Part shown: one piece after another, positions 7,796-16,163 of the stretch
Layout of the letters: the number at the start of each line of letters is the position of its first letter
Position numbering within the stretch: the stretch's first letter is position 1
Assembly: GCA_040260805.1 (NCBI GenBank)
Contig: JBDQPD010000033.1
Span: 1 to 33,408, forward strand
DNA length: 33,408 nucleotides
Origin: Myxococcota bacterium
GTDB taxonomy: Bacteria > Myxococcota > UBA4151
Direction of reading: 5' to 3'
Made by a program: the position numbers and the translations under genes
The notes under the pieces: model-generated
Seen by the model: only the letters and a program-made list of their open reading frames with translations
The model's database searches: none
What the model was told of the DNA's origin: nothing

Positions 7796-8718
7796 TTCAG
7801 CACCAACATCACGCCTAGCATTCCGGTCATGATCGGCTGCAGCGCGCCGCCGAGTTGGTAGGTCGGCAAGGTCAGTCGCGCGTCCAAAAGCATGCGCGCT
7901 TTGTAGAGTCTGAAGAACTCGACGCCACCACCAACGCTGACCAGCAGCCCGAAGTCTGCGTCATCAACATCGGAGCCCATCCAGGTGGCGCCGTAGCCGA
8001 GGTTCGCGCCGAGGTATGGTGACGTGTTGGTGGCGCTGAACAGGTAGGCAGCGCCGAGCGTCAGCCCGCCATGCCAGAGCTCATCGCCGCGCGAGTTGAA
8101 CTGCCCGACCAAGGCCGCGTCCAGGCGAGCGTGTTCCATCTCATAGCTGACCAGCCCGCCCAGCCCGTAGGAGGGCTGAGCGTCTTGGTGAAAGCTGCTT
8201 CCAATCGGGATCGCTCCGCCCACCAGGAGTTCGCCATCTTTTTTGCGCCATTCGCGGCTCTCTCGACGGGTCACTTGATCCACCTCAGCCGTCGACCTTG
8301 GCGTCTTTTTCGCGAGCACGGCACGCACCAGACGCGGAACCACGACATCCAACTCCTCGATTTTCTGGGCGCTCATACGCGCCGAAAAGATCACCGAATG
8401 CGGCGTCGATGGTTTGAGCTCGCTGAGCTGAATCACTCTTTTTCGGCCCAGCCGAAGTCCGTGCACGACAAACAATCGCGAGCAGCCGCTTGCGGCCAGC
8501 ATCGGTTCTATCTTTTGAAGGCTCGGCAGGGTGATGGTTTGCTCGACGGCGCAAGGCGAGACGCCGGCTATACCCAGGCTACCCTTGACCAGCTCGACCA
8601 GGCTGCTGTTCTCGTCATGATCGAGCGCACCCTGCGAATCACGATAGAAAACGGCGGCGCCTGCCGCCTGCGTGGGCGCCGAAAGCGTCATTATCAATAG
8701 GGTCATCAGGTAGCGCAC
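7792..8718 (-). CDS. Exported protein with predicted C-terminal outer-membrane beta-barrel
   Basis: AAGGAG RBS, GTG start and signal peptide. The C-terminal half has amphipathic Gly/aromatic strands (SPYLGANLGYG, VSVGGGVEFF). Confidence 0.6.
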   Translation of the reverse strand: MRYLMTLLIMTLSAPTQAAGAAVFYRDSQGALDHDENSSLVELVKGSLGIAGVSPCAVEQTITLPSLQKIEPMLAASGCSRLFVVHGLRLGRKRVIQLSELKPSTPHSVIFSARMSAQKIEELDVVVPRLVRAVLAKKTPRSTAEVDQVTRRESREWRKKDGELLVGGAIPIGSSFHQDAQPSYGLGGLVSYEMEHARLDAALVGQFNSRGDELWHGGLTLGAAYLFSATNTSPYLGANLGYGATWMGSDVDDADFGLLVSVGGGVEFFRLYKARMLLDARLTLPTYQLGGALQPIMTGMLGVMLVLN

Positions 8719-8885
8719 AACGTTCTCCTTGTGGGATAGACGCTCAAACCCGGATTTTCTGCAATCCTTAGCGCGTTAAAGTGATCTTCATCTAAAAATA
8801 TCATTTTAAGTTATTGGTCGATATGATCGGTTTACAGGTCGTTATAACTACTATATTCGTTCAAAGTGATCATTAGGGGTGCGTC
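8719..8885. promoter_or_regulatory. AT-rich divergent promoter region with short repeats
   Basis: AAAGTGATC direct repeat (8778-8786, 8863-8871), GGTCG at 8816 and 8837, and palindrome GTTATAAC (8841-8848). Confidence 0.45.
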
Positions 8886-9599
8886 ATGCGTCTTATCGCC
8901 AGTCTCATCGTGTGGGTCTTTGCGTTTACAGCCCAAGCCCATAAGCCCTATTTTTCGAGCGGCGAGTATGGAACAGCCGACCAAGCGTGGTCGATCCAAG
9001 ACCCCAACATATCGACCGTACTGTATCACAAAGTGACCTGCGAGCAGCCCGTTCTCTGGCTCCGCTATGAGGTTGATGAGCCCTCTGAGATTTTCATCCA
9101 GCTCGGGGTGCCGTTGATCGATCGCCTGGCGGACTACGACCCAGTCCTTGGTGTTGTGCATGATCAGGTCTCCGATGGTATCTCGACCCCCTTTGCCGTC
9201 CCTGAGGGGATGGGCGTTGAGCTGCATGAGCGGGTCAAACAGCGCGCGCTGTTCTTTGAGCCCTTCACTCAGACTCAGTCGTGGATTTTGGTCGAGCGTA
9301 AGGTTCAAGTGCCTGCTGGTTCAGGCTACATCGCCGCATGGGATCCCAAGGGCGAGACCGGGAAACTCTGGGTCGCAGTTGGTGAGGTCGAGGACTTCAC
9401 TGAGGATGATTGGAGCGAGGCGCCTAGTTGGTTGGGTAATGCGCGGTTCTTCCATGAGGAAGGCTCCGGACCAGCCGTCGCCGCCGAAGAACAAGTCTGC
9501 TCGGTAGCGCCTGAAAGCTGCGCAACCTCGACGCCCTCACTGGGCTTGTGGCTCGCGGTGTTTGCGGTCGCAGCGCTACGCCGCCGCCGGGTCGTCTAA
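8886..9599 (+). CDS. Exported hypothetical protein with MYXO-CTERM-like sorting tail
   Basis: Signal peptide ending AQA-H, an acidic core with FFEPFTQ, and C-terminal SCAT...LGLWLAVFAVAALRRRR (Cys, TM helix, Arg cluster). Confidence 0.7.
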   Translation: MRLIASLIVWVFAFTAQAHKPYFSSGEYGTADQAWSIQDPNISTVLYHKVTCEQPVLWLRYEVDEPSEIFIQLGVPLIDRLADYDPVLGVVHDQVSDGISTPFAVPEGMGVELHERVKQRALFFEPFTQTQSWILVERKVQVPAGSGYIAAWDPKGETGKLWVAVGEVEDFTEDDWSEAPSWLGNARFFHEEGSGPAVAAEEQVCSVAPESCATSTPSLGLWLAVFAVAALRRRRVV

Positions 9600-10444
9600 A
9601 CCATCAGCTCTGGTGAAATGTAGAGCGCTTCAACCGTTTGTTGGTTGCGTCCGAGCAGTGTACCTTGACTCGAGCGTCCGGCTTTGAGCTCGAGCCGGAT
9701 CAGCCCAAGCTCTTGGGGCAAGGGCTGGCCATGCGCTCGTGACCCTGTTCGCCCGTCGTAGCTAACGATCAGTGGAATCGCTCGCCGCCGAAGCTTCTCG
9801 AGCTCGGCAATGAACCGATCACGGTCCAGGATCTGATGATACCGCTGATCACGAGCGGTGCTCGTGCCTTGGTAAGGCGGGTCGAGGTAGACGAGATCGC
9901 TCGTTGTCGCTTGCTCGAGCAGCGAGGCATAGTCAGCGGCTGTGGCTGTGGTGCGGTTCGCCAAGAGTTGATGAGCCCTGACCAGCTGGTCGGTCATTCG
10001 CTCGGGGCGCGTCCCAAGCCTGCGGTGGTCAGCCGATTGATTGAACGCACCCGATGCGTTGAAACGCACCGCATTTTTAACACAACGAGCGAGTAAGAAA
10101 AGAAGCCGAGCGCTCCCGCCCTGACGATTAAAGTCTGCCCGGACCCGCTCAAATTGGGCCTTGGGGTCAGCGCCTTGAGCCAGCCAAAGTTGTTCGTACC
10201 CTTGAGCCAGCGCCATCGGCTGATCGATAATTTCGGACCAAATTTCGACCAAGGGAGACAGACTGTCCGAGAGCATAAAGCGCTCCGCTCGCCCCCCAGC
10301 CGCTGCGGCAAGGGTCACCGCACCCGACCCCGCAAAGGGTTCAAAAAGGGTCCCGACTTGATCAGGGAAATACTTTAAGATGTCAGGCGCTAGTCGTCGC
10401 TTACTCCCTTGGTAGGGGATGGGGTGAGCGATTTGTACAGACAC
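9596..10444 (-). CDS. DNA adenine methyltransferase, D12/Dam class (alpha group)
   Basis: PIPYQGSKR (motif X), EPFAGSG (motif I), VRFN..G.FN (recognition region) and YLDPPY (motif IV). Confidence 0.9.
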   Translation of the reverse strand: MSVQIAHPIPYQGSKRRLAPDILKYFPDQVGTLFEPFAGSGAVTLAAAAGGRAERFMLSDSLSPLVEIWSEIIDQPMALAQGYEQLWLAQGADPKAQFERVRADFNRQGGSARLLFLLARCVKNAVRFNASGAFNQSADHRRLGTRPERMTDQLVRAHQLLANRTTATAADYASLLEQATTSDLVYLDPPYQGTSTARDQRYHQILDRDRFIAELEKLRRRAIPLIVSYDGRTGSRAHGQPLPQELGLIRLELKAGRSSQGTLLGRNQQTVEALYISPELMV

Positions 10445-10593
10445 GAACGATCCCCTTGTGAGCTCAGATTGCCGTTCATCATGGCTTTGAACAAGCCAGC
10501 AGCCAAATCATGGCGCCCGCGACGCGCCCAGGGTTGGAATTTCTCTTAATCAAACCGCCTGGATGCCTCATAAGTGGAGTGGAGAAGCTTTCT

Positions 10594-10983
10594 GTGCGCG
10601 TCTATTGGGTCTTAGCTTGGGTGCTGCTCGGCTGCTCGCCAGAGGCAGAAATCAACACCACAGGTGTCTTGGCGCGCTGCAACTACATCAATGGATTTAC
10701 TGGCGACGCAGAATGCAAAGAGTATCTCGGCTCGAACTGGACACAAGGTGCTATGCGTGCCGATTGCGACCTGCCTGTACCGGGCTCTGAGCCGGGTGAG
10801 TTGACCGACGACTTGGCTTGCGACCGATCGGCGATTCAAGGGGTGTGCGCGGTCGAGCCTGGAACGGTCGAGGCAGCGAATATTGTGTTTTCGAGCGAGA
10901 TCGAATCGACCTGTAGTGATTTGTCGCTTGGGTGCTTTTTCGCCAGTGGAGAGTGGCAGCCTGAGCCCTCATGTGACGACTAG
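10594..10983 (+). CDS. Small acidic cysteine-rich lipoprotein
   Basis: GGAG RBS before GTG at 10594, lipobox LLGC and eight further Cys. The ORF track start at 10510 is probably too long. Confidence 0.65.
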   Translation: MRVYWVLAWVLLGCSPEAEINTTGVLARCNYINGFTGDAECKEYLGSNWTQGAMRADCDLPVPGSEPGELTDDLACDRSAIQGVCAVEPGTVEAANIVFSSEIESTCSDLSLGCFFASGEWQPEPSCDD

Positions 10984-11066
10984 CGAAGGCTGAGCCGCGC
11001 TGACCGATGTCCCTTTTCATCGGACGCCGCCTTTCTCATTAAGCGCAGTGATGGCAAGCTTTAGCC

Positions 11067-11504
11067 ATGGCTATAACGACCGAGCATTATCGTAAACTTG
11101 AGCGCATGTACGCAGCCGCTCCGATCAATGAGTTTTTTAAGCCCGAATTGGTCATTTCCGAAGGGGCTGCTGAGCTCTTCATCACGGTGCGTGAAGCATT
11201 TTTTCACAGCGCCGGCGCGATGCACGGTGTGGTCTATTTCAAGGCGCTTGATGACTCGACCTTCTTTGCGGCGCAGTCGTTGGTGCCTGAAGACTTTGTT
11301 TTGACCGCCCATTTTGAGCTCGATCTGCTCAAGCCTGTTGCTCATGGCAAGGTGCGGGCTCTAGCCACCGTGACCAAGCGCTCGGGTAGGAAACTATGGG
11401 CTAGCGCCGAACTCTTTGACGAGGGTGGTGATTCGGTGGCGCGCGGAGAGGGTGTTTTTGTGATCAGCAATCAAAAACTACGCCCAGAGATTCATTATCG
11501 CTGA
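11067..11504 (+). CDS. PaaI family hotdog-fold thioesterase
   Basis: FFHSAGAMHGVVYFKALDD, FVLT..F...LLKPV and ARGEGVF. Confidence 0.88.
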   Translation: MAITTEHYRKLERMYAAAPINEFFKPELVISEGAAELFITVREAFFHSAGAMHGVVYFKALDDSTFFAAQSLVPEDFVLTAHFELDLLKPVAHGKVRALATVTKRSGRKLWASAELFDEGGDSVARGEGVFVISNQKLRPEIHYR

Positions 11505-11562
11505 GTTGCTGAGCTCAGGCTGCGACGAGCTGAGCGGCTATTTTTTAGTCGAGGGATAGTCA

Positions 11563-12552
11563 ATGCATCGTCGGGGATTTCTTCACGCCTCATTGCTCGC
11601 AAGTTTAGGCTGCGGTGCTCGTCTCGCCGGGTTTCCCTTTGATCGCAGCAGCAAGGCGCAAGGCTTAGACTCCATTGAGGTCACGTACTTCAGCGTCGGA
11701 TGTCTCTTAATTCGCTATCAAGGCGGCGCGGTTTTGACCGATCCGTTTTGGTCTCATCGCCCCTTGAGCGAAGTCATCGCCAGCCCGCTCGAGCACGATC
11801 ATCAAGAGATTGATCGGCATCGATCTTTGATGGGTGATGTGACTGCGGTGTTGGTCGGTCACAGTCATTACGACCACTGCTTAGGCCTTGAGCCGATCAG
11901 CAAGAGTTTGCACCCCACCGCTCGAGTCTATGGCAGCCAAACACTCAAACATTTGTACGCACCGGTTCGTCTCGGTCGCTCGATTATTCCGATGAATAAA
12001 GCCGCCGCAACGCCACAGAAAATGGGTGAGTGGCAGCTGAGCTCGTGCGGACGCATGCGGATCCTACCGATCCTATCAGGCCATCCGGACCAGTGGCTGT
12101 GCTTTCATCTTTGGCGTGAAAAGTTGACCAAAGACCTTGTCGAGCCCCCCCGAAAAGCCTCGGACTTTCAAGAGGGGATTACGCTCGCTTATTTGATCGA
12201 CTTTCTGGGCCAAGGAGCGGTCCAAAAGCGAGTTTTTGTGCAGACCTCCAGCACGGGCTTTCCAGCCGGTTTTGCGCCGCAATCGGTTCTGGATGAGCAC
12301 CCGGTAGATGTCGCCATTTTACCGATGGATTGCGCCAACCTCAAAGTGTCTGGAGCGACGCCAAACCTCATTGATACGCTCAAGGCGCCCAGCACTATTT
12401 TTTGCCACTGGGAAGACTTCTTTCAACCGAAATCAGGCGTCCCTAAGGAGATCATGAAGGTCGATCTTCCAGCGCTGAAAGCCTTCTTTAAAAACACCTC
12501 TGAGCGGCGGTTTATTTTCCCGATGTGGAACCAGCGTTTTAACCTCGGCTAA
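11563..12552 (+). CDS. Metallo-beta-lactamase-fold hydrolase, probable Tat lipoprotein
   Basis: RRGFL twin-arginine motif and SLGC lipobox; LTDPFWS, GHSHYDH (HxHxDH) and HWEDFF. Confidence 0.82.
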   Translation: MHRRGFLHASLLASLGCGARLAGFPFDRSSKAQGLDSIEVTYFSVGCLLIRYQGGAVLTDPFWSHRPLSEVIASPLEHDHQEIDRHRSLMGDVTAVLVGHSHYDHCLGLEPISKSLHPTARVYGSQTLKHLYAPVRLGRSIIPMNKAAATPQKMGEWQLSSCGRMRILPILSGHPDQWLCFHLWREKLTKDLVEPPRKASDFQEGITLAYLIDFLGQGAVQKRVFVQTSSTGFPAGFAPQSVLDEHPVDVAILPMDCANLKVSGATPNLIDTLKAPSTIFCHWEDFFQPKSGVPKEIMKVDLPALKAFFKNTSERRFIFPMWNQRFNLG

Positions 12553-12636
12553 GGGCAGATTGCGATGCATGCGGTCGAGGGCTCGATGTTGGTTTCGGTT
12601 TGAGCTAGTATCTTTTGAGGTTCAAAGGGTGGTCAC

Positions 12637-13578
12637 GTGATTAGATTCGGTGGGTGGTTCGTCTTTGGTTGCGTCATGGGCTGCGCTCAGACGGTCGCGA
12701 CGCCTGCTCTAAATACGGCAGTTGATGGCGGGCAAGAGCTCACAGTCGATGCCGGGCAAGAGCTCGCAGTCGATGCCGGTCCTCCTCCTGCGTTTCTGGG
12801 TTCAGAGCGTTTGGTGCCGGTCTCGTTACCCGACGCTTGGAACCGTAACCAAACCTGGCCTTTGGTGATCGTTTTGCACGGCTACACCTCCTCGGGTCGC
12901 GGCCAGGACACTTATCTTGGCGTGAGCAGCCGACGTAACGATTTTGGCTTCATCGCGCTGGCACCCGACGGAACTCGAAACCCACAACGTCAGCGTTTCT
13001 GGAACGCAACGCCGGCTTGTTGCGACTTTTGGAACTCTGGGATTGATGACGTCAGCTACATCGTGGGTTTGATCGATGAGGCGGTCGAGCGGCTCAACGT
13101 GGACCCGAGCCGAGTGTATCTGATCGGCCACTCAAACGGCGGATTTATGAGCAACCGAATCGCCTGCGACGCTGCGGATAAAGTCACCGCGATCTTTAAT
13201 ATCGCGGGCTCAAGTTTCAACGACGAGACGCGCTGCCAACCCTCAGAGTCAGTCGGTTATATTCAGGCTCATGGAACCAACGATACGGTCATAAAATACC
13301 CAGGAGGTGCGATTAACGGTGGCGCTCGTTACCCGAGCGCCGGTGTCTTGATCGATCGTTGGAGAGAACGCAACGGATGCCAAGATGCTAACCCTCAGAC
13401 CTTGTCGGGCGATTTTGACAACGCCGTGCCGGGCGATGAAACCACCCGACAAATCTGGTCTACCTGCTCATCTGATCGCTCGGTCCAGCTTTGGGAAATG
13501 GTCGGCACCGCTCATGTGCCCTCGTTCAATGATGGTTTTAGAGACGCCATGCTCGAAGCGCTTCTGGCTTACCGCTAG
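12637..13578 (+). CDS. LpqC/PHB-depolymerase-family esterase lipoprotein
   Basis: Lipobox VMGC; PLVIVLHG, WNATPACC, DDV.YI, GHSNGG nucleophile, HGTND and C-terminal H. Confidence 0.88.
   Translation: MIRFGGWFVFGCVMGCAQTVATPALNTAVDGGQELTVDAGQELAVDAGPPPAFLGSERLVPVSLPDAWNRNQTWPLVIVLHGYTSSGRGQDTYLGVSSRRNDFGFIALAPDGTRNPQRQRFWNATPACCDFWNSGIDDVSYIVGLIDEAVERLNVDPSRVYLIGHSNGGFMSNRIACDAADKVTAIFNIAGSSFNDETRCQPSESVGYIQAHGTNDTVIKYPGGAINGGARYPSAGVLIDRWRERNGCQDANPQTLSGDFDNAVPGDETTRQIWSTCSSDRSVQLWEMVGTAHVPSFNDGFRDAMLEALLAYR
12718..12780 (+). repeat. 24-bp tandem repeat (~2.6 copies) encoding (A/T)VD(G/A)GQEL linker
   Basis: gcagttgatggcgggcaagagctc / acagtcgatgccgggcaagagctc / gcagtcgatgccggt. Confidence 0.9.
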
Positions 13579-13667
13579 GCATCAAGACGCACGCCCAGCT
13601 TGTGGGATCGGTCCGCCGGCTTCGGATGAATGCCCGATAGCCCCGCAACCTTCGACGATTCCGTCCG

Positions 13668-14558
13668 ATGATCGAGTTGGAGGGTGCCGTGAGCAGTATT
13701 ACGCGCAGTCAATTCATCGATCGTCTGGAAGGCCGCCCTTTGCGGCTCGACGCGCTCAAGGCTGATCAGCGCTTTAATGGGCTGGATCTCGACGCCGTGG
13801 ATCGTAACGGAAACGGCCGAATTGAGGGGCGCAATGAGCTCAAGGAGCTGTTTCTAGCGATCGACACCTTTGATCGTGACGGCTCGTATCATTCGATGAG
13901 TTTAGAGGACCGGCTGGGGCAACCGACCAAAGCGGCCGAGTTGGTGGAGGCAGCCGATGCGCTCGCTCCGGCGCGCTCAGCGCGCCCCACGAGCAGGCTT
14001 GGACGCGCCTATCAAGATTATCAAACATTGATCGACGAGGGCATCAGTTTGCGTCCGCAACGCCAGGGTTTACTCAGTCGAGTCAGCGATCGTGCGAAGA
14101 GACGTTGGTCGAGTATTGATGCGGTGGCCCGGCGCGCCGACTTACCGCCGCAGCTGGTGGCTGCAATTTGGTATCGTGAAGACGATCAAATGCGCAGCAG
14201 TCGTTATTTGCACAACGGTCAACGTTTGGGTCGCACCACGACCATCGTTCCTAAGGGTATTTTCTTTAAACGCGATCAGTTTGTTGAGGCTGCGGTGCAC
14301 GCTTTGGGACAAAAGCGGCACCTCAAGAACGCCCTAGGCTTGAGCTATGAGAGTAAAGATCTGGCGGCAATGGCTGCCTACACCGAAGCCTACAATGGCT
14401 TTGGTTACCGCATGGGTGGGCGGCCATCGCCTTATGTGACCGCGTCAACCGACGGGTACCGCTCCGGCATGTATGTGCGTGATAGCGTCTTTGACGCAAA
14501 CGCTGAGGACCGCCGCTTAGGAACTCTGCCGCTCATGCGAGCATTGCTCGAACCCTGA
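13668..14558 (+). CDS. EF-hand-like motif plus lysozyme-like (COG5526-type) domain protein
   Basis: DRNGNGRIEGRNE loop; AIWYRE, YLHNGQ.L...T..VPKG, EAYNGFGY...PSPYV and G.YVRD..FD. No signal peptide. An alternative GTG start at 13689 follows GGAGGG. Confidence 0.75.
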   Translation: MIELEGAVSSITRSQFIDRLEGRPLRLDALKADQRFNGLDLDAVDRNGNGRIEGRNELKELFLAIDTFDRDGSYHSMSLEDRLGQPTKAAELVEAADALAPARSARPTSRLGRAYQDYQTLIDEGISLRPQRQGLLSRVSDRAKRRWSSIDAVARRADLPPQLVAAIWYREDDQMRSSRYLHNGQRLGRTTTIVPKGIFFKRDQFVEAAVHALGQKRHLKNALGLSYESKDLAAMAAYTEAYNGFGYRMGGRPSPYVTASTDGYRSGMYVRDSVFDANAEDRRLGTLPLMRALLEP

Positions 14559-14613
14559 GACCGGTTGACCTGACAAAATAACTTGCCGCCTGGTTGCTGG
14601 GTATACCATCGCC

Positions 14614-15405
14614 ATGAGCATGAAGCGTTCAGGTTGGCAGTTGTTCGGTATGCAGATGGCTTTTGCCTTGATCTGCGGTGGCGCTTTAGCGTGCACGGAG
14701 CCGAGCGAACCTCACACCCTTAGAGTTTATGCCGCATCGTCTTTGGTGGATGCGTTTGATGCGATCAAAGAGAACTTCTTAGCGACGCATCCGGGCGTTG
14801 ACGTTCGTTTGGTCTATGCGGGAAGTCAGGTGCTGCGCGCACAGATCGAGCAGGGCGCTCAAGTTGACGTCTTTGCGAGCGCACATCGACGCGACCTGGA
14901 TCGGTTAAAATCGCAAACCCTGGTATCAGAACCGACTGAGTTTGCGCAAAACCGTTTGGTCCTTTTGTGTCGCCGCACGCCCGCTTGTGAGCAGCTCACC
15001 TGGAAGAACTTGAGCCAAGTCAAACGAATCGGTCTGGGCTTAGCCGCGACGCCAGTCGGTCACTATACCGAGCGGGTTCTTGAGCTTGGTGCCCAGCGTT
15101 TTGGTGCATCCTGGGCCGAGGATGTTCGTGAGCGAGTCGTTACGCAAGAGGCTCAGGTCAGGCGCCTGCGGGCGCGCGTTGAGCTCGGTGTTCTCGACGC
15201 GGCGATCGTTTATCAAAGCGACGTCACCGATGAGACAACCTATCGGCGGATTCGACCACCTGCTGAGCTCGATCAGTCCACCGAGCTTTGGGTTGCTCGA
15301 GGTCAAAATACGGCCAACGCTGACTTGGCGCAGGCGTGGATTGATGGCTTGAGCAGCCCCGAAGGTCAACGGCTCCTCAAAGCCCATGGCTTGGAGGTGC
15401 GGTGA
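14614..15405 (+). CDS. modA: Molybdate ABC transporter substrate-binding lipoprotein
   Basis: Lipobox ALAC; VYAASSL, AGS..L..QIEQGA..DVFASA, N.LVL, PVG.Y and DAAIVY.SD. Confidence 0.92.
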   Translation: MSMKRSGWQLFGMQMAFALICGGALACTEPSEPHTLRVYAASSLVDAFDAIKENFLATHPGVDVRLVYAGSQVLRAQIEQGAQVDVFASAHRRDLDRLKSQTLVSEPTEFAQNRLVLLCRRTPACEQLTWKNLSQVKRIGLGLAATPVGHYTERVLELGAQRFGASWAEDVRERVVTQEAQVRRLRARVELGVLDAAIVYQSDVTDETTYRRIRPPAELDQSTELWVARGQNTANADLAQAWIDGLSSPEGQRLLKAHGLEVR

Positions 15406-16163
15406 TGCGCTTTGACCGCCGAATCATCCTCTTTGCCTTGCCGATGGTTGCCCTTTTAGCCTTACCGCTCTTGGGCTTGCTTGGCGGTCTCTCGCCTCAT
15501 CGAATGAGCGAGGCGTGGTCGCATCCCTTGTGGGCTCCTGCGCTTTGGCTCAGCATTAAAACCTCGCTGATCAGCCTCGCCTTCGTCGTGACTTTAGGGA
15601 CACCTTTTGCGTGGTGGCTCGCTCACGATAAGCGCTCGGCTGCTTGGCAGTGGTTGGTGGACGTACCCATGGTCTTGCCCCCAGCGGTCGTCGGCTTAGC
15701 GCTCCTAGTCGTCTTTGGCCGGCAAGGCATATTGGGTTCGTTGAGCGGGCTGGTGTTCTCGACCGCTGCGGTGGTGTTGGCGCAGACGATCGTCGCTGCA
15801 CCCTTTTACATCAGCGCTGCCGTCGCTGCGTTGCGTGCGGTCGACGAGGACGTGGTTTTGGTCGCCCGAAGTTTGGGTAAATCGTCGCTCGGCGCGTTTG
15901 TTTCGGTGGTGCTGCCTTACGCGTGGCCTGGTTTGGCTGCTGGAATGGCGATGGCTTGGGCGCGAGCCGTTGGCGAGTTCGGCGCCACCTTATTCGTTGC
16001 GGGTAATCTTCCCGGCGTCAGCCAGACGATGCCTCTCGCAATTTACACGGTCATGGAGTCCGACCTTTCGGTAGCTTTGAGCCTGTCGGTTTTGCTCGCC
16101 GGGTTGGCGCTCTTGGCCCTGCTGACGTTACGATGGTCTGCCGGGCGGGGGAGGCGGTCATGA
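15402..16163 (+). CDS. modB: Molybdate ABC transporter permease
   Basis: D.PMVLPPAVVGLALL..FGRQG, ARSLG and WARAVGEFGAT..AGN.PG..QTMPLAIY. Confidence 0.93.
   Translation: MMRFDRRIILFALPMVALLALPLLGLLGGLSPHRMSEAWSHPLWAPALWLSIKTSLISLAFVVTLGTPFAWWLAHDKRSAAWQWLVDVPMVLPPAVVGLALLVVFGRQGILGSLSGLVFSTAAVVLAQTIVAAPFYISAAVAALRAVDEDVVLVARSLGKSSLGAFVSVVLPYAWPGLAAGMAMAWARAVGEFGATLFVAGNLPGVSQTMPLAIYTVMESDLSVALSLSVLLAGLALLALLTLRWSAGRGRRS

Noticed and set aside
8071..8700. 209-aa plus-strand ORF
   Set aside because: The opposite-strand gene has an RBS, a signal peptide and a barrel pattern; this ORF has none.
8841..8856. GTTATAAC as a Zur/Fur box
   Set aside because: Only a half-site-like match; the full dyad is absent.
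9596..10983. Restriction-modification or defence island around the methyltransferase
   Set aside because: Neighbours are exported proteins; no nuclease, integrase or transposase motifs.
11004..11023. Hairpin CCGATG-N8-CATCGG as a terminator
   Set aside because: Only a 6-bp stem with no U-tract directly after it.
11500..11536. Repeated GCTGAG after the thioesterase as a CRISPR/REP element
   Set aside because: Too short and irregular; the hexamer is common across the window.
13632..13640. Sigma-28-like -10 (CCCGATAG) upstream of the lysozyme-like gene
   Set aside because: No TAAA -35 at the proper spacing.
14565..14609. Sigma-70 promoter or ModE box before modA
   Set aside because: Candidate -35/-10 spacing is off (15 bp) and no ModE dyad is seen.
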